DNA of 64,000 nucleotides. It comes from Actinomycetota bacterium. Its GTDB lineage: Bacteria > Actinomycetota > Actinomycetes > Nanopelagicales > Nanopelagicaceae. This document shows positions 52,148 to 62,432 of this stretch, in pieces. The translations under genes and the position numbers were made by a program. Below the pieces are notes generated by a model that saw nothing but the letters and a program-made list of their open reading frames with translations, made no database searches and was not told the origin of the DNA. Numbering within the stretch: the first letter of the stretch is position 1; each line of letters begins with the position of its first letter. Where the stretch lies: contig JBDLSZ010000052.1 of the NCBI GenBank assembly GCA_039799305.1, positions 2,512-66,511 on the forward strand. The letters run 5' to 3'.

Positions 52148-53596
52148 ATGACTTTCGAATACGCACCGGCGCCTGAATCTAGATCTATCGTCTCAATCAA
52201 GCCTAAGTATGGCCACTTCATCAATGGATCCTTTGTTGCTGGAAAGAAGCATTTTCCAACGATTAATCCTGCGACAGAGGAAATCTTAAGCCACATTGCA
52301 TTAGGCGGAGTATCTGATGTTGATAAAGCTGTGATGGCTGCACAGAAGGCATATACAAAAACGTGGTCAAAGTTATCTGGCAAGGAACGAGGAAAATACC
52401 TCTATCGCATTGCACGCATTCTTCAGGAACGAGCACGTGAGTTCGCAGTTCTTGAAACACTAGATAATGGAAAGCCAATCCGCGAAACCCGCGATATCGA
52501 TATTCCACTCGTTGCAGCCCACTTTTTCTATCATGCAGGATGGGCAGATAAATTAGATTACGCAGGACTTGGCCACTCCCCTAAGGCATACGGAGTTGCA
52601 GGACAGATCATCCCGTGGAACTTCCCACTCTTGATGCTTGCATGGAAAGTTGCCCCTGCACTCGCAACAGGAAACACCGTTGTACTCAAGCCAGCTGAAA
52701 CAACATCTCTTACCGCACTTCTCTTTGCTGAAGTCTGCCAACAAGCTGAACTTCCAGATGGCGTAGTCAACATTGTTACAGGCGATGGCTCAACAGGTAG
52801 CGCAATCGTTAACCACCCTGGAATTCATAAGATTGCATTTACTGGTTCAACGGAGGTCGGTAAGAAGATTGCTCGCGCTATTGCTTCTACTGATAAGAAG
52901 GCAACTCTTGAGCTAGGTGGTAAGGGTGCCAATATCGTCTTTGATGATGCACCTGTTGATGAAACCGTTGAGGGAATCGTCAACGGAATATTCTTTAATC
53001 AAGGCCATGTCTGCTGTGCAGGATCTCGCCTGATTGTTCAGGAAAGTATCGCTGAAGAGATTATTGAAAAACTCAAAGTAAGAATGTCAAAGATTCGAGT
53101 AGGTGATCCTCTCGATAAAAACACTGATTTAGGTGCGATAAATTCCAAAGAACAGCTCATTAAGATCAAGGAGCTCTCTGCTATTGGCGATGCTGAAGGT
53201 GCTACACGTTGGAGCCCACAGTGCAATCTCTCCGATAAAGGCTTCTGGTTTGCTCCCACAATCTTTACCGGCGTCACACAAGCCAATCGCATTGCGCAGG
53301 AGGAGATATTCGGCCCAGTCCTTTCAGTCTTAACCTTTAGAACCCCACAAGAGGCGATGGATAAGGCAAATAACACTCCCTTTGGATTATCAGCAGGAGT
53401 CTGGAGTGAGAAAGGCTCACGTATTTTCTGGGCAAGCCAGCATCTCAATGCTGGAGTTATCTGGGCTAACACCTTTAATAAGTTTGATCCAGCATCACCT
53501 TTCGGTGGTTATAAAGAATCTGGCTGGGGCCGCGAAGGTGGCAAGCATGGATTAGCTGCATACTTAAAAAATGGTAAAGAAACTGGGGCAAAATAA
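52148..53596 (+). CDS. Aldehyde dehydrogenase (probably acetaldehyde from DeoC)
   Basis: IPWNFP, KPAE, FTGSTEVG, ELGGK, FFNQGHVCCAG, EEIFGPV, PFGGYKESG. Confidence 0.94.
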   Translation: MTFEYAPAPESRSIVSIKPKYGHFINGSFVAGKKHFPTINPATEEILSHIALGGVSDVDKAVMAAQKAYTKTWSKLSGKERGKYLYRIARILQERAREFAVLETLDNGKPIRETRDIDIPLVAAHFFYHAGWADKLDYAGLGHSPKAYGVAGQIIPWNFPLLMLAWKVAPALATGNTVVLKPAETTSLTALLFAEVCQQAELPDGVVNIVTGDGSTGSAIVNHPGIHKIAFTGSTEVGKKIARAIASTDKKATLELGGKGANIVFDDAPVDETVEGIVNGIFFNQGHVCCAGSRLIVQESIAEEIIEKLKVRMSKIRVGDPLDKNTDLGAINSKEQLIKIKELSAIGDAEGATRWSPQCNLSDKGFWFAPTIFTGVTQANRIAQEEIFGPVLSVLTFRTPQEAMDKANNTPFGLSAGVWSEKGSRIFWASQHLNAGVIWANTFNKFDPASPFGGYKESGWGREGGKHGLAAYLKNGKETGAK

Positions 53597-54448
53597 ATGG
53601 CTACCAAGAAGGACTCTCGCGTAGAAGTGAAGAAGACATACAAACTCTTTATCAACGGAGCATTCCCCCGCAGTGAATCAGGACGCGTCTTTGAAGTCAC
53701 TGCAAAAAATGGCGACTTCATTGCAAATCCAGCACTTGCATCCCGTAAGGATCTGCGTGATGCAGTCACTGCAGCACGCGCAGCCCAATCTGGGTGGTCA
53801 AAGGCAACTGCCTATAACCGCGGCCAGATTCTCTACAGAATTGCAGAGATGCTTGAAGGGCGAGCAGATCAATTTGAATCTGAGATTGCGCTCACCTCGC
53901 AGATAACTTCTGCGAAGGCAAAAGCTTTAGTCTCTGAAGCAATCGATCGTTGGGTTTGGTATGCGGGCTGGAGCGACAAACTCCAAGCTGTCAGCGGTGC
54001 AACAAACCCTGTCTCAGGGCCTTTCTTTAACTTTTCAATCTCTGAACCTCAAGGCGTAGTTGCCATTGCATCTTCAGATAGCTTCCTTGAATTTATTGAT
54101 GCGATTGCTGCAGCAGTAGTTTCAGGAAATACCTCTGTTGTCCTTGTTCCAGGTTCCTTAGCAGTTCCTGCAATGTCATTTGCGGAAGTTCTTGCAACAA
54201 GTGATCTTCCAGCGGGCGTCATCAATATCCTCACAGGTTCACTTGATGAACTTGCTCCATGGGCCGCCTCTCACATGGATATCGATGGCTTTGATATCTC
54301 TGGAATTGCTAAGAAGAAGCATGGTGCACTCAAAGAAGCAGGTGCTGAGAATCTCAAGAGAATCCATTCATTTGGATCAGGAAAGACTCCTGCGCGCATT
54401 CTTGCCTTTATGGAATCTAAAACTGTCTGGCATTCAGTCGGAGTTTAA
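53597..54448 (+). CDS. Short ALDH-family protein without the catalytic domain
   Basis: KTYKLFING.FPRSESGR, RGQILYRIAEMLEGR, YAGWSDK, DLPAGVINILTG, ESKTVWH; no ELGG or catalytic Cys. Confidence 0.85.
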   Translation: MATKKDSRVEVKKTYKLFINGAFPRSESGRVFEVTAKNGDFIANPALASRKDLRDAVTAARAAQSGWSKATAYNRGQILYRIAEMLEGRADQFESEIALTSQITSAKAKALVSEAIDRWVWYAGWSDKLQAVSGATNPVSGPFFNFSISEPQGVVAIASSDSFLEFIDAIAAAVVSGNTSVVLVPGSLAVPAMSFAEVLATSDLPAGVINILTGSLDELAPWAASHMDIDGFDISGIAKKKHGALKEAGAENLKRIHSFGSGKTPARILAFMESKTVWHSVGV

Positions 54449-54452
54449 GCTC

Positions 54453-55547
54453 TTACTCTCCAGCAATCTTTAGGTAGCCAGGCTTTACAACGCTTTCAAT
54501 AATCGCAAGACGCTCCTCAAATGGAATAAATGAGCTCTTGAGCGCATTGATAGTCACACGCTGCAGGTCCTGGAAGGTCCAATCGCATTGGTTAACCATC
54601 TCTGTCATCTCGCGAGACATCGAAGTAGCTGACATCAAACGATTATCTGTGTTGATGGTGACGCGAAAGCGAAGCTTTGCAAGGCGAGCGAGTGGGTGAT
54701 GGGCAAATGAATCTGCAACACCTGTCTGAATATTTGAAGATGGACACATCTCCAGTGGAACTCGACGATCGCGCACATATGCAGCAAGTCTTCCAAGGCG
54801 CGGTGGTGTGTGATTGAAATCGATATCGTCTGTGATGCGAACGCCATGGCCTAAACGCTCAGCGCCACACAATTGAATTGCTTCCCAGATAGATGGAAGT
54901 CCATATGCCTCACCAGCATGGATAGTGAAGTGTGCATTTTCACGACGTAAGAATTCAAAGGTATCGAGCTGATCACTGGGTGGAAAACCATCTTCCGGTC
55001 CTGCGATATCAAATCCCACAACACCTTGATCGCGATACTTCACAGCAAGTTCTGCAACCTCTTGTGATAATTCATTCTGGCGCATTCCGCAGAGCAGTGA
55101 CATCACACGAATAACATTTCCTTCAGCCTTAGCTTCTGCCTCGCCTTCGCGGAAACCTTCAAGAATTGCCTCAATAGCTTGAGAGAGGGTTAAACCCTTT
55201 TCGGTGATGAGTTCAGGTGCCATGCGTACTTCGGCATAGACAACGCCATCACGCGCTAAATCAACAGCGCATTCGCGAGCAACGCGCACAATGTCTTGCT
55301 TGCGTTGCATCACCGCAACAGTGTGGGCAAAAGTTTCAAGATAGAGAACGAGTGAGCCTGAATCACATGAGCTACGGAACCATTCAGCAAGCTCTACTGG
55401 CTCATAAGTGGGAAGCTCATGACCAATTTCCTTAGCAATATCAATAATTGTTTGAGGACGTAGCCCACCATCGAGGTGATCATGCAGAAGAGCTTTAGGT
55501 AAACGCTTTACTTGCTCTGCAGTTGGCTTCTTTGTTAAGTCACTCAT
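54453..55547 (-). CDS. add: Adenosine deaminase
   Basis: HDHLDGG, HAGE, RLGHGV, CPSSN, NTDN. Confidence 0.96.
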   Translation of the reverse strand: MSDLTKKPTAEQVKRLPKALLHDHLDGGLRPQTIIDIAKEIGHELPTYEPVELAEWFRSSCDSGSLVLYLETFAHTVAVMQRKQDIVRVARECAVDLARDGVVYAEVRMAPELITEKGLTLSQAIEAILEGFREGEAEAKAEGNVIRVMSLLCGMRQNELSQEVAELAVKYRDQGVVGFDIAGPEDGFPPSDQLDTFEFLRRENAHFTIHAGEAYGLPSIWEAIQLCGAERLGHGVRITDDIDFNHTPPRLGRLAAYVRDRRVPLEMCPSSNIQTGVADSFAHHPLARLAKLRFRVTINTDNRLMSATSMSREMTEMVNQCDWTFQDLQRVTINALKSSFIPFEERLAIIESVVKPGYLKIAGE

Positions 55548-55550
55548 TAC

Positions 55551-56834
55551 TTAAATTCTCTCTAACACTAGAGGCAGACGATTGACCGTTCCACCTTCAA
55601 CTATTGTGACAGCACCTTCAAGAATTTCCAGAGCGCGAGCAAAGCGGGCAGCTTCATCGGTGTGCAGAGTCATGAGTGGAGAGCCTTCAGTGATGTAATC
55701 ACCGGGTTTAGCATGGAGTTCGATACCTGCTCCTGCTTGGACCTTCTCGCCCTGCTTAGAGCGTCCTGCGCCCAAGCGCCAAGCACTCACGCCGACCTTC
55801 ATCGCATCCATCGTTGTGATGGTTCCACTATTTGCCGCCTTCACAACGTGGCTCTCGCGAGCAACAGGAAGTGCTGCATCAGGATCTCCTCCTTGCGCAC
55901 TAATCATGCGGCGCCAATGATCCATCGCACTTCCATCCTTAAGGGCAGTTTCAGGATCTTTGCCAACGATTCCTGCAGCGTCAATCATTTCTCGTGCAAG
56001 GATAATTGTTAGTTCAATAACATCTGATGGACCGCCACCTGCAAGTACTTCAACAGATTCACGAACTTCCAGTGCATTACCTGCTGTTAGCCCCAGCGGA
56101 ACATCCATCGCAGTGACTAGAGCACGAGTCTTCACACCAGCATCTTTCCCAAGTTGGACCATGGTGCGAGCAAGTTCAGATGCCTTTGCAGGATCTGACA
56201 TAAATGCGCCACTTCCAGTCTTCACATCCAATACGAGTGCAGATGTTCCTTCGGCAATCTTCTTGCTCATAATCGATGATGCAATCAAAGGAATGGCTTC
56301 AACAGTTGCAGTGACATCGCGAAGTGCATACAACTTCTTATCTGCAGGAGCTAATCCAGCACCTGCGGCACATATGACAGCTCCTGTTTCCTGCAGAACT
56401 TTGAGCATTTCATCATTGGTAAGAGATGCGCGCCATCCAGGAATAGATTCGAGTTTGTCGAGAGTTCCACCTGTGTGGCCAAGTCCACGACCAGAGAGTT
56501 GAGGTACTGCTCCCCCGCATGCTGCAACAAGGGGTGCTAATGGAAGAGTGATTTTGTCTCCCACTCCACCTGTTGAATGCTTATCTGCAGTCTTTCGATC
56601 AAGCTTGGACCAATCCATACGTTCGCCGCTATTGATCATCGCATTGGTCCAGCGAGAGATTTCACGAGAGTTCATTCCGTTGAGAAGAATTGCCATGAGC
56701 AATGCAGACATCTGTTCATCTGCGACAACGCCTCGCGTGTAAGCGTCGATAATCCAATCGATTTGTAGATCTGTTAATTCGTTATGGTCACGCTTAGCAG
56801 CGATAATTTCAACGGCTGCAAAAGGTTCAATCAT
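55551..56834 (-). CDS. deoA: Thymidine/pyrimidine-nucleoside phosphorylase
   Basis: DKHSTGGVGDK, SGRGLGHTGGTLDKLE, RDVTATV, SIMSKK, LGAGR. Confidence 0.96.
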   Translation of the reverse strand: MIEPFAAVEIIAAKRDHNELTDLQIDWIIDAYTRGVVADEQMSALLMAILLNGMNSREISRWTNAMINSGERMDWSKLDRKTADKHSTGGVGDKITLPLAPLVAACGGAVPQLSGRGLGHTGGTLDKLESIPGWRASLTNDEMLKVLQETGAVICAAGAGLAPADKKLYALRDVTATVEAIPLIASSIMSKKIAEGTSALVLDVKTGSGAFMSDPAKASELARTMVQLGKDAGVKTRALVTAMDVPLGLTAGNALEVRESVEVLAGGGPSDVIELTIILAREMIDAAGIVGKDPETALKDGSAMDHWRRMISAQGGDPDAALPVARESHVVKAANSGTITTMDAMKVGVSAWRLGAGRSKQGEKVQAGAGIELHAKPGDYITEGSPLMTLHTDEAARFARALEILEGAVTIVEGGTVNRLPLVLERI

Positions 56835-57229
56835 GACAAACGTTCATTCATTTCTTCAGGGCCAAATGCCCATGGGAGTAAATCAGCAAGAGTCTTTATG
56901 CCTTCATTGGTAGCCATCTGTAGCTTTGATCCACCATGTTCTTGTAAAAGCTGGCGACAGCGACCACATGGCATCAAGGCATTGCCTGCAATATCAACAC
57001 ATACAAAAGCCACAAGGCGGCCACCACCGGATGCAATCAAGGTAGAGACCAATCCGCATTCTGCGCAGAGAGTCAGGCCGTAGCTCGCATTTTCCACATT
57101 GCACCCTGTGATGATGCGACCATCATCGACAAGGGCAGCAACACCGACAGGAAACTTTGAATAAGGGGCGTAAGCCTTCTTCATCGCACCGAGTGCTTCT
57201 GTATGAAGTAAATCCCAATTGATATCCAT
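56831..57229 (-). CDS. cdd: Cytidine deaminase
   Basis: AYAPYS.FPVG, NVENASYGL.LCAE, PCGRCRQ. Confidence 0.96.
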   Translation of the reverse strand: MDINWDLLHTEALGAMKKAYAPYSKFPVGVAALVDDGRIITGCNVENASYGLTLCAECGLVSTLIASGGGRLVAFVCVDIAGNALMPCGRCRQLLQEHGGSKLQMATNEGIKTLADLLPWAFGPEEMNERLS

Positions 57230-58506
57230 TAGTGCGAACCGCCTCCACGTTTATAGGCAACGCCATCGGCTGCCGGGGCTCGAACCCTGCCGACAAAACC
57301 TGAGACCGCAATGATCGTTGCAATGTAAGGAGCCATCAACATAAATTCGGATGGGATTGGTGTTCCCGTGATGGTGAGCAAACCTTGTAAGTTATCTGCA
57401 AAGCCGAAGATGAGCGCTGCAGCAACTGCACCAAGTGGGCTCCAGCGACCAAAGATGAGAGCAGCAAGTGCGATAAATCCCTTACCTGCAGTCATCTCCT
57501 TGCTAAAGGATCCAACAGCACCAAGTGTGAAGAATGCTCCACCGAGTCCTGCAACTGCACCTGCAATCAGAACATTGCGGAATCGAATCTTATTGACATC
57601 AATTCCAACCGATTCAGCAGCTGTTGGATGCTCTCCCACAGAGCGGGTGCGTAGGCCCCATTTAGATTTGAAGAGAGCTACGTGAATAACAATGACTGCC
57701 ACATACATCAAATAAACAATGATGCTCTGTGCAAAAAGGGTTGGACCAATGACGGGAATTTTGGAGAGAATTGGTATTTCAATCGGCGCAAAGGTTCCAC
57801 CTGAATTCCATGTGGATTGGTAGGGAATGAGCAACTTCTTATAAAGGAAGCCAGTAAGTCCAATGACGAGAACGTTGAGCACGAAACCGAGAACTACTTG
57901 ATCAATTCCATACTTAATTGCAAAGACAGCAAGTAACCAAGCAATTGCCATACCCGCAAATGGAGCGATGATGAGTCCAGCAATCTTGTTCTGTGTCAGG
58001 GATGCAATCACACCTGACATAAATGCACCGGCTAGAAGCTGACCTTCAATAGCAATATTGATTACACCAGAGCGCTCTGAGAGCACGCCTGCCATCGCTC
58101 CAAAGATCAATGGAACGGAGAGGAATAGAGCACCTTGCAGTAGTCCTGTGAACGGAATGAATTTGCCTGCAGCAGCCCAGCAGAGAAATGACATGAGAAA
58201 GGATGCGCCAAAGAGCGCACTTGCCGCTCGGCTAGTCTTTCGAGCACGGAACTGTAGCGTTGCAATACCCACTGCCAGTAGAGAAATTACTGCAAAGAGA
58301 AGCCCACCAGTTTTTGAATTAACAATGATCTCTTTAGCAAGTACCCATTCATTACCTAATACAAAGCTATAGGTGACAGGTTGTCCCGTCTTTGGAAGCA
58401 GACCAAAGATGGCAAGTGCAAAAGCTCCAAGGCTTGCCATCGTGATTATTCCGCGCTTGCGGCGACGTTCTGGCGCAGAGAGTGCGCGCACTTCAACGGT
58501 ACTCAT
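57229..58506 (-). CDS. Nucleoside ABC transporter permease (CUT2 type)
   Basis: SERSGVINIAIEG, GEHP.AAESVG, GKGFIALAALIFGRW; TAATG-coupled start at 58506. Confidence 0.92.
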   Translation of the reverse strand: MSTVEVRALSAPERRRKRGIITMASLGAFALAIFGLLPKTGQPVTYSFVLGNEWVLAKEIIVNSKTGGLLFAVISLLAVGIATLQFRARKTSRAASALFGASFLMSFLCWAAAGKFIPFTGLLQGALFLSVPLIFGAMAGVLSERSGVINIAIEGQLLAGAFMSGVIASLTQNKIAGLIIAPFAGMAIAWLLAVFAIKYGIDQVVLGFVLNVLVIGLTGFLYKKLLIPYQSTWNSGGTFAPIEIPILSKIPVIGPTLFAQSIIVYLMYVAVIVIHVALFKSKWGLRTRSVGEHPTAAESVGIDVNKIRFRNVLIAGAVAGLGGAFFTLGAVGSFSKEMTAGKGFIALAALIFGRWSPLGAVAAALIFGFADNLQGLLTITGTPIPSEFMLMAPYIATIIAVSGFVGRVRAPAADGVAYKRGGGSH

Positions 58507-59657
58507 TAGCCATTCCATCCCTTCGAGGCAACAGTTTCGCCTTCATCAACGTTCTTAAGACGGAAGAGAGATTTAATTAGTGCAGGTGCTGCGATGAAGA
58601 GAACTACCAACGCCTGGATAACTAAGACGAGATCGAGTGGAGTCTCCGTGCTTGCCTGCATGGTAAGCCCACCAGCACGAAGAGCGCCAAAGAGAAGTGC
58701 TGCAAAGACTGTCCCGATAGGTGTTGCACGACCAAGAAGTGCAACAGTGATTGCATCAAAGCCAAAACTTCCACCTACACCTGAAGTCATCGCAGGTTCT
58801 GATCCAAGAATCTGAACTGCTCCGCCAAGACCGGCAAGTGCTCCTGCAATAAACATTACAGAGGTTGTCACACGGGCTACTGAAATACCTGCTGTTCGTG
58901 ATGCTGCCGCATTTGCACCAACTGCGCGAAATCTAAATCCCCATGTACTGCGACTGAGGAGCCACCAGATTGCAGCAGCAGCTATTAAGGCAATAATGAA
59001 ACCAAAATTAGCGCGCAGGTCAGGGCCAAAGAGGTGTGGCAACTGCGCACTCTCTCGCACATCAGGTGCCAGTGGATCTTGTCGACCTGGACGCAAGAAT
59101 GCAGTTGTACTGAGCAACCAGAGCAAGAAATACCCTGCAACATAGTTGAGCATGATTGTCACAATAACTTCGTGCGCACCTGTGCGAGCTTTAAGGAATC
59201 CAACAAAACCACCATACAGACCTGCAAAGAGCATCGCTGCTGCAATTGCCGCAATTCCATGAATAACAATGGGGAGCTCGAATGTGAAACCAATCCAGCT
59301 TGCCCCAATGGCGCCTGCAATAAATTGTCCTTGTGCACCGATATTAAATAGCCCTGCGCGAAATGCAAGAGCCACAGATAAACCTGTAAGAATCAAAGGA
59401 GAGGCAGCGACAAGAGTTTCAGAGAGTGGATAGAAACCTTGAAAGAAATGTCCTTCTGCAAGTTGTGGATCAAAGATAGATCCACGGAAAAGCGCCCAAT
59501 AGGCACCCGCTGCAGTTGAGAATCCTTTGCCAATCATTGAAAGCGGTTGGCCCTTAAGTGCTAGCACCTTGGAGTCAGAGAGTGCAACAAGTAAGCCACC
59601 CACGAAGAGCGCCATTGCGAATGAGAGAGCAGGAAGAATGAGTTTCTTTAACTTCAT
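58506..59657 (-). CDS. Nucleoside ABC transporter permease (CUT2 type)
   Basis: FRAGLFNIGAQGQ, HEVIVTIMLNY, GFDAITVALLG. Confidence 0.92.
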   Translation of the reverse strand: MKLKKLILPALSFAMALFVGGLLVALSDSKVLALKGQPLSMIGKGFSTAAGAYWALFRGSIFDPQLAEGHFFQGFYPLSETLVAASPLILTGLSVALAFRAGLFNIGAQGQFIAGAIGASWIGFTFELPIVIHGIAAIAAAMLFAGLYGGFVGFLKARTGAHEVIVTIMLNYVAGYFLLWLLSTTAFLRPGRQDPLAPDVRESAQLPHLFGPDLRANFGFIIALIAAAAIWWLLSRSTWGFRFRAVGANAAASRTAGISVARVTTSVMFIAGALAGLGGAVQILGSEPAMTSGVGGSFGFDAITVALLGRATPIGTVFAALLFGALRAGGLTMQASTETPLDLVLVIQALVVLFIAAPALIKSLFRLKNVDEGETVASKGWNG

Positions 59658-61153
59658 GGCTTCACTCCTGCCATCAATAGACCCAGATCTTCTCGTGAAG
59701 TAGTTGCAGGAACGATTGCAATAAATTCTCCGCGATACATCACAGCGATTCGATCTGCAAGAGCTGAAACTTCATCAAGTTCAGTACTGAAGAGAAGTAC
59801 GGCTCGACCTGCATCGCGCTCGGCAATGATGCGCTCATGCACAAATTCAATAGAGCCAACATCAAGACCACGTGTTGGTTGAGAGGCCACAACCAGCTTC
59901 ACAGGACGTGATAGTTCTCGGGCAAGAACTACTTTCTGCTTATTTCCTCCCGATAACGATGATGCGCTGTCCTTTGCTGACTGAGTTCGAATATCAAATT
60001 CAGCAACGCGCTTTTGCGCTTCTTGCGAAACAACACTCTGGGAGATAACAGGTCCCTTTGCATATGGAGGCAAATCATGAAGATCAAGAATGAGATTTTC
60101 TTCAATACTAAATGAACTAATAAGCCCATCCTCTTCACGTGATTCAGGTACGAAGGCAATTCCTGAATGCAGTGCTTCGCGCACAGATGCTTTGGTGATG
60201 TCAACGCCGTCGAGTGAGATAGAGCCATGAACATGCTCTTGCAGACCCACGATCGCTTCAGCTAATTCAGTTTGCCCATTACCTTGCACTCCTGCCACCG
60301 CGAGTATCTCTCCTGTGCGAAGCTCGAACGACACATCTTTTACTAGAGTGCGACCTGTGTGATCTGAAATATTAAGATTCTTAATATCGAGCATGACTTT
60401 GCCTAGTTGCGGTGCTGTCTTTTCAACATCCAGCGAAACCGGACGACCCACCATGAGGGATGCGAGTTCTTCTTGCGAAGCGCTCGGAGAGGCTGTTCCG
60501 ACAACTTTTCCTCGACGAATAATGGTGATCTTGTCGGCTGCTTCCTTCACCTCACGTAGTTTGTGAGTGATAAAGACAATTGACGTTCCCTTTGCTTTGA
60601 GTTTCTTCATATTGCGCAGAAGCTCATCGGTCTCTTGTGGAGTGAGAACGGCAGTCGGTTCATCAAGAATCAATACCTTTGCGTCATAAATCAGCGCTCG
60701 AATAATTTCAACGCGCTGCTGCAGTCCAACCGGGAGATTCTCGACAAGTGCATCAGGATCGATATCAAAATTGTATTCAGCTGAGACACGCAAGATTTCT
60801 TCACGTGCCGATTCAAGATCTAGTAGCCCAGGACCTTTAGTTTTCTCATGCCCCAAAACAATGTTTTCTGCGACAGTAAAGACTGGAATCAACATGAAGT
60901 GCTGATGAACCATGCCGATACCTGCAGCGAGTGCATCCAGTGGTGAATCAATCGTGACAACTTTTCCATCAACGCTAATCGTTCCCTCATCGGGAGCGAG
61001 TAAGCCATACACAATGTTCATGAGTGTTGATTTGCCGGCACCGTTTTCACCAAGGATTGCGTGAATCTCTCCATCACCTACTGCAAGATCAATTCCATCA
61101 TTTGCGGTGAGGGACCCAAAGCGCTTGGTGATACCGCGCAATTCGAGGGACAT
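59654..61153 (-). CDS. Nucleoside ABC transporter ATP-binding protein (double domain)
   Basis: GENGAGKS, MVHQHF, LDEPTAVL, GNGQ, LSGGN, QPTRGLD. Confidence 0.95.
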   Translation of the reverse strand: MSLELRGITKRFGSLTANDGIDLAVGDGEIHAILGENGAGKSTLMNIVYGLLAPDEGTISVDGKVVTIDSPLDALAAGIGMVHQHFMLIPVFTVAENIVLGHEKTKGPGLLDLESAREEILRVSAEYNFDIDPDALVENLPVGLQQRVEIIRALIYDAKVLILDEPTAVLTPQETDELLRNMKKLKAKGTSIVFITHKLREVKEAADKITIIRRGKVVGTASPSASQEELASLMVGRPVSLDVEKTAPQLGKVMLDIKNLNISDHTGRTLVKDVSFELRTGEILAVAGVQGNGQTELAEAIVGLQEHVHGSISLDGVDITKASVREALHSGIAFVPESREEDGLISSFSIEENLILDLHDLPPYAKGPVISQSVVSQEAQKRVAEFDIRTQSAKDSASSLSGGNKQKVVLARELSRPVKLVVASQPTRGLDVGSIEFVHERIIAERDAGRAVLLFSTELDEVSALADRIAVMYRGEFIAIVPATTSREDLGLLMAGVKP

Positions 61154-61197
61154 GTGTGCAAATCTACTAGTTTTACCGCACTTTACAAAGTTTATTG

Positions 61198-61235
61198 AAA
61201 ATAAAACTGGGCTAGCACCGAAGTGCTAGCCCAGT
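61198..61235 (-). terminator. Intrinsic terminator after the BMP binding-protein gene
   Basis: Perfect 13-bp stem ACTGGGCTAGCAC/GTGCTAGCCCAGT (61206-61235) with a UUCG loop on the minus strand, followed by a U-rich tail. Confidence 0.88.
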
Positions 61236-61259
61236 CCTTATAACTGATTGGTCAACTAA

Positions 61260-62321
61260 TTACTTAGCTGAAACCTTTCCACTGCGGATATCGTTACCGA
61301 GCTTTGTAACTTCGGTACGAAGTGCTGTAGGAACCTTACGGATCAAGTCATGGTATGAAGCAAGGAATGTTCCTGCATTCTTGAGGTTACCGTTGTAACC
61401 TGTTGATGAGAACTTTCCGTTTGCTTCGTCCTTGATTACAGCCCCGACAGAAGTTCCAACACCCTTAACTACTGATGTAAGAAGAACTGACTTGTACTGA
61501 GGTGCTGCAACGTAACCATCTGTATCAACCCAGATAACTACTGACTTCTTTGAAGTCATTGAGTTACCAGCTGTTGCTCCACCAAGTCCACCAGCAACTG
61601 GGAAGATTACATCTGCACCCTGCTGCTCGAAGTTCTTAGAGATCTGAAGTGCCTTAGCTGAATCTGAGAAGCCACCGACGAATGTTCCGTCCTTCTTAGC
61701 TGTATCCCAACCAAGAACTGTGACTGTCTTGCCCTTGACCTTGTTGTAGTGCGCAACGCCCTTAGCAAAACCATCCATGAAGATTGTGACTGGTGGAATG
61801 TTAAGTCCGCCGTATGTTGCAACCTTGCCGGTCTTTGAAACGCCAGCTGCTACGTAACCAGCTTGGAAAGCTGATTCGTTTGTTGAGAACTGAAGTGGCT
61901 TCAAGTTAGCAAACTTTGTTCCTGGGTAGACAGATCCGTCTGCACCATGGTCTTCGCCATCCTGATCAACGATTGCAAAGTGAACTGTTGGGTTTGCCTT
62001 AGCAGCTGCAACGATTGCGTTGTTGATAAGGAAGCCAATGCCAATGATGATGTTGCACTTCTCGTCTACAAGCTTCTTAATGTTTGGTGCGTAATCAGCA
62101 TCTGTTGTTGCAGCAAGATACTTAGCAGTGATGTTCTTATCTGCCTTAGCTGCAGCCTGTGCGCCTGCCCATGCTGATGCGTTAAATGACTTGTCGTCAA
62201 CGCCGCCTGTATCTAGTGCAAGACATGCCTTTGTTGGTGTTGACGCAGTTGCAGCTGGAGCTGCACCGAATGCAAGTGCTGCAGCAGCGAAAACTGCTAC
62301 AAACTTAAGTGTCTTCTTCAA
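61260..62321 (-). CDS. BMP-family nucleoside ABC substrate-binding protein
   Basis: DTGGVDDKSFN, GFL, F...E..F.AG, ADVIFPVAGG.G, WVDTD, TSVVK; TTG start with GGAGG SD. Confidence 0.92.
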   Translation of the reverse strand: MKKTLKFVAVFAAAALAFGAAPAATASTPTKACLALDTGGVDDKSFNASAWAGAQAAAKADKNITAKYLAATTDADYAPNIKKLVDEKCNIIIGIGFLINNAIVAAAKANPTVHFAIVDQDGEDHGADGSVYPGTKFANLKPLQFSTNESAFQAGYVAAGVSKTGKVATYGGLNIPPVTIFMDGFAKGVAHYNKVKGKTVTVLGWDTAKKDGTFVGGFSDSAKALQISKNFEQQGADVIFPVAGGLGGATAGNSMTSKKSVVIWVDTDGYVAAPQYKSVLLTSVVKGVGTSVGAVIKDEANGKFSSTGYNGNLKNAGTFLASYHDLIRKVPTALRTEVTKLGNDIRSGKVSAK

Positions 62322-62432
62322 GGTTTCCTCCAAGGAATAATTGAGTGTTTCTGTATTGGTGAGCCTAGTAGTTAGGGGTGAAAATGGTAAAAAAATGACG
62401 CTTATTTAGAGGGTGTGGCATGTAACAATTGA

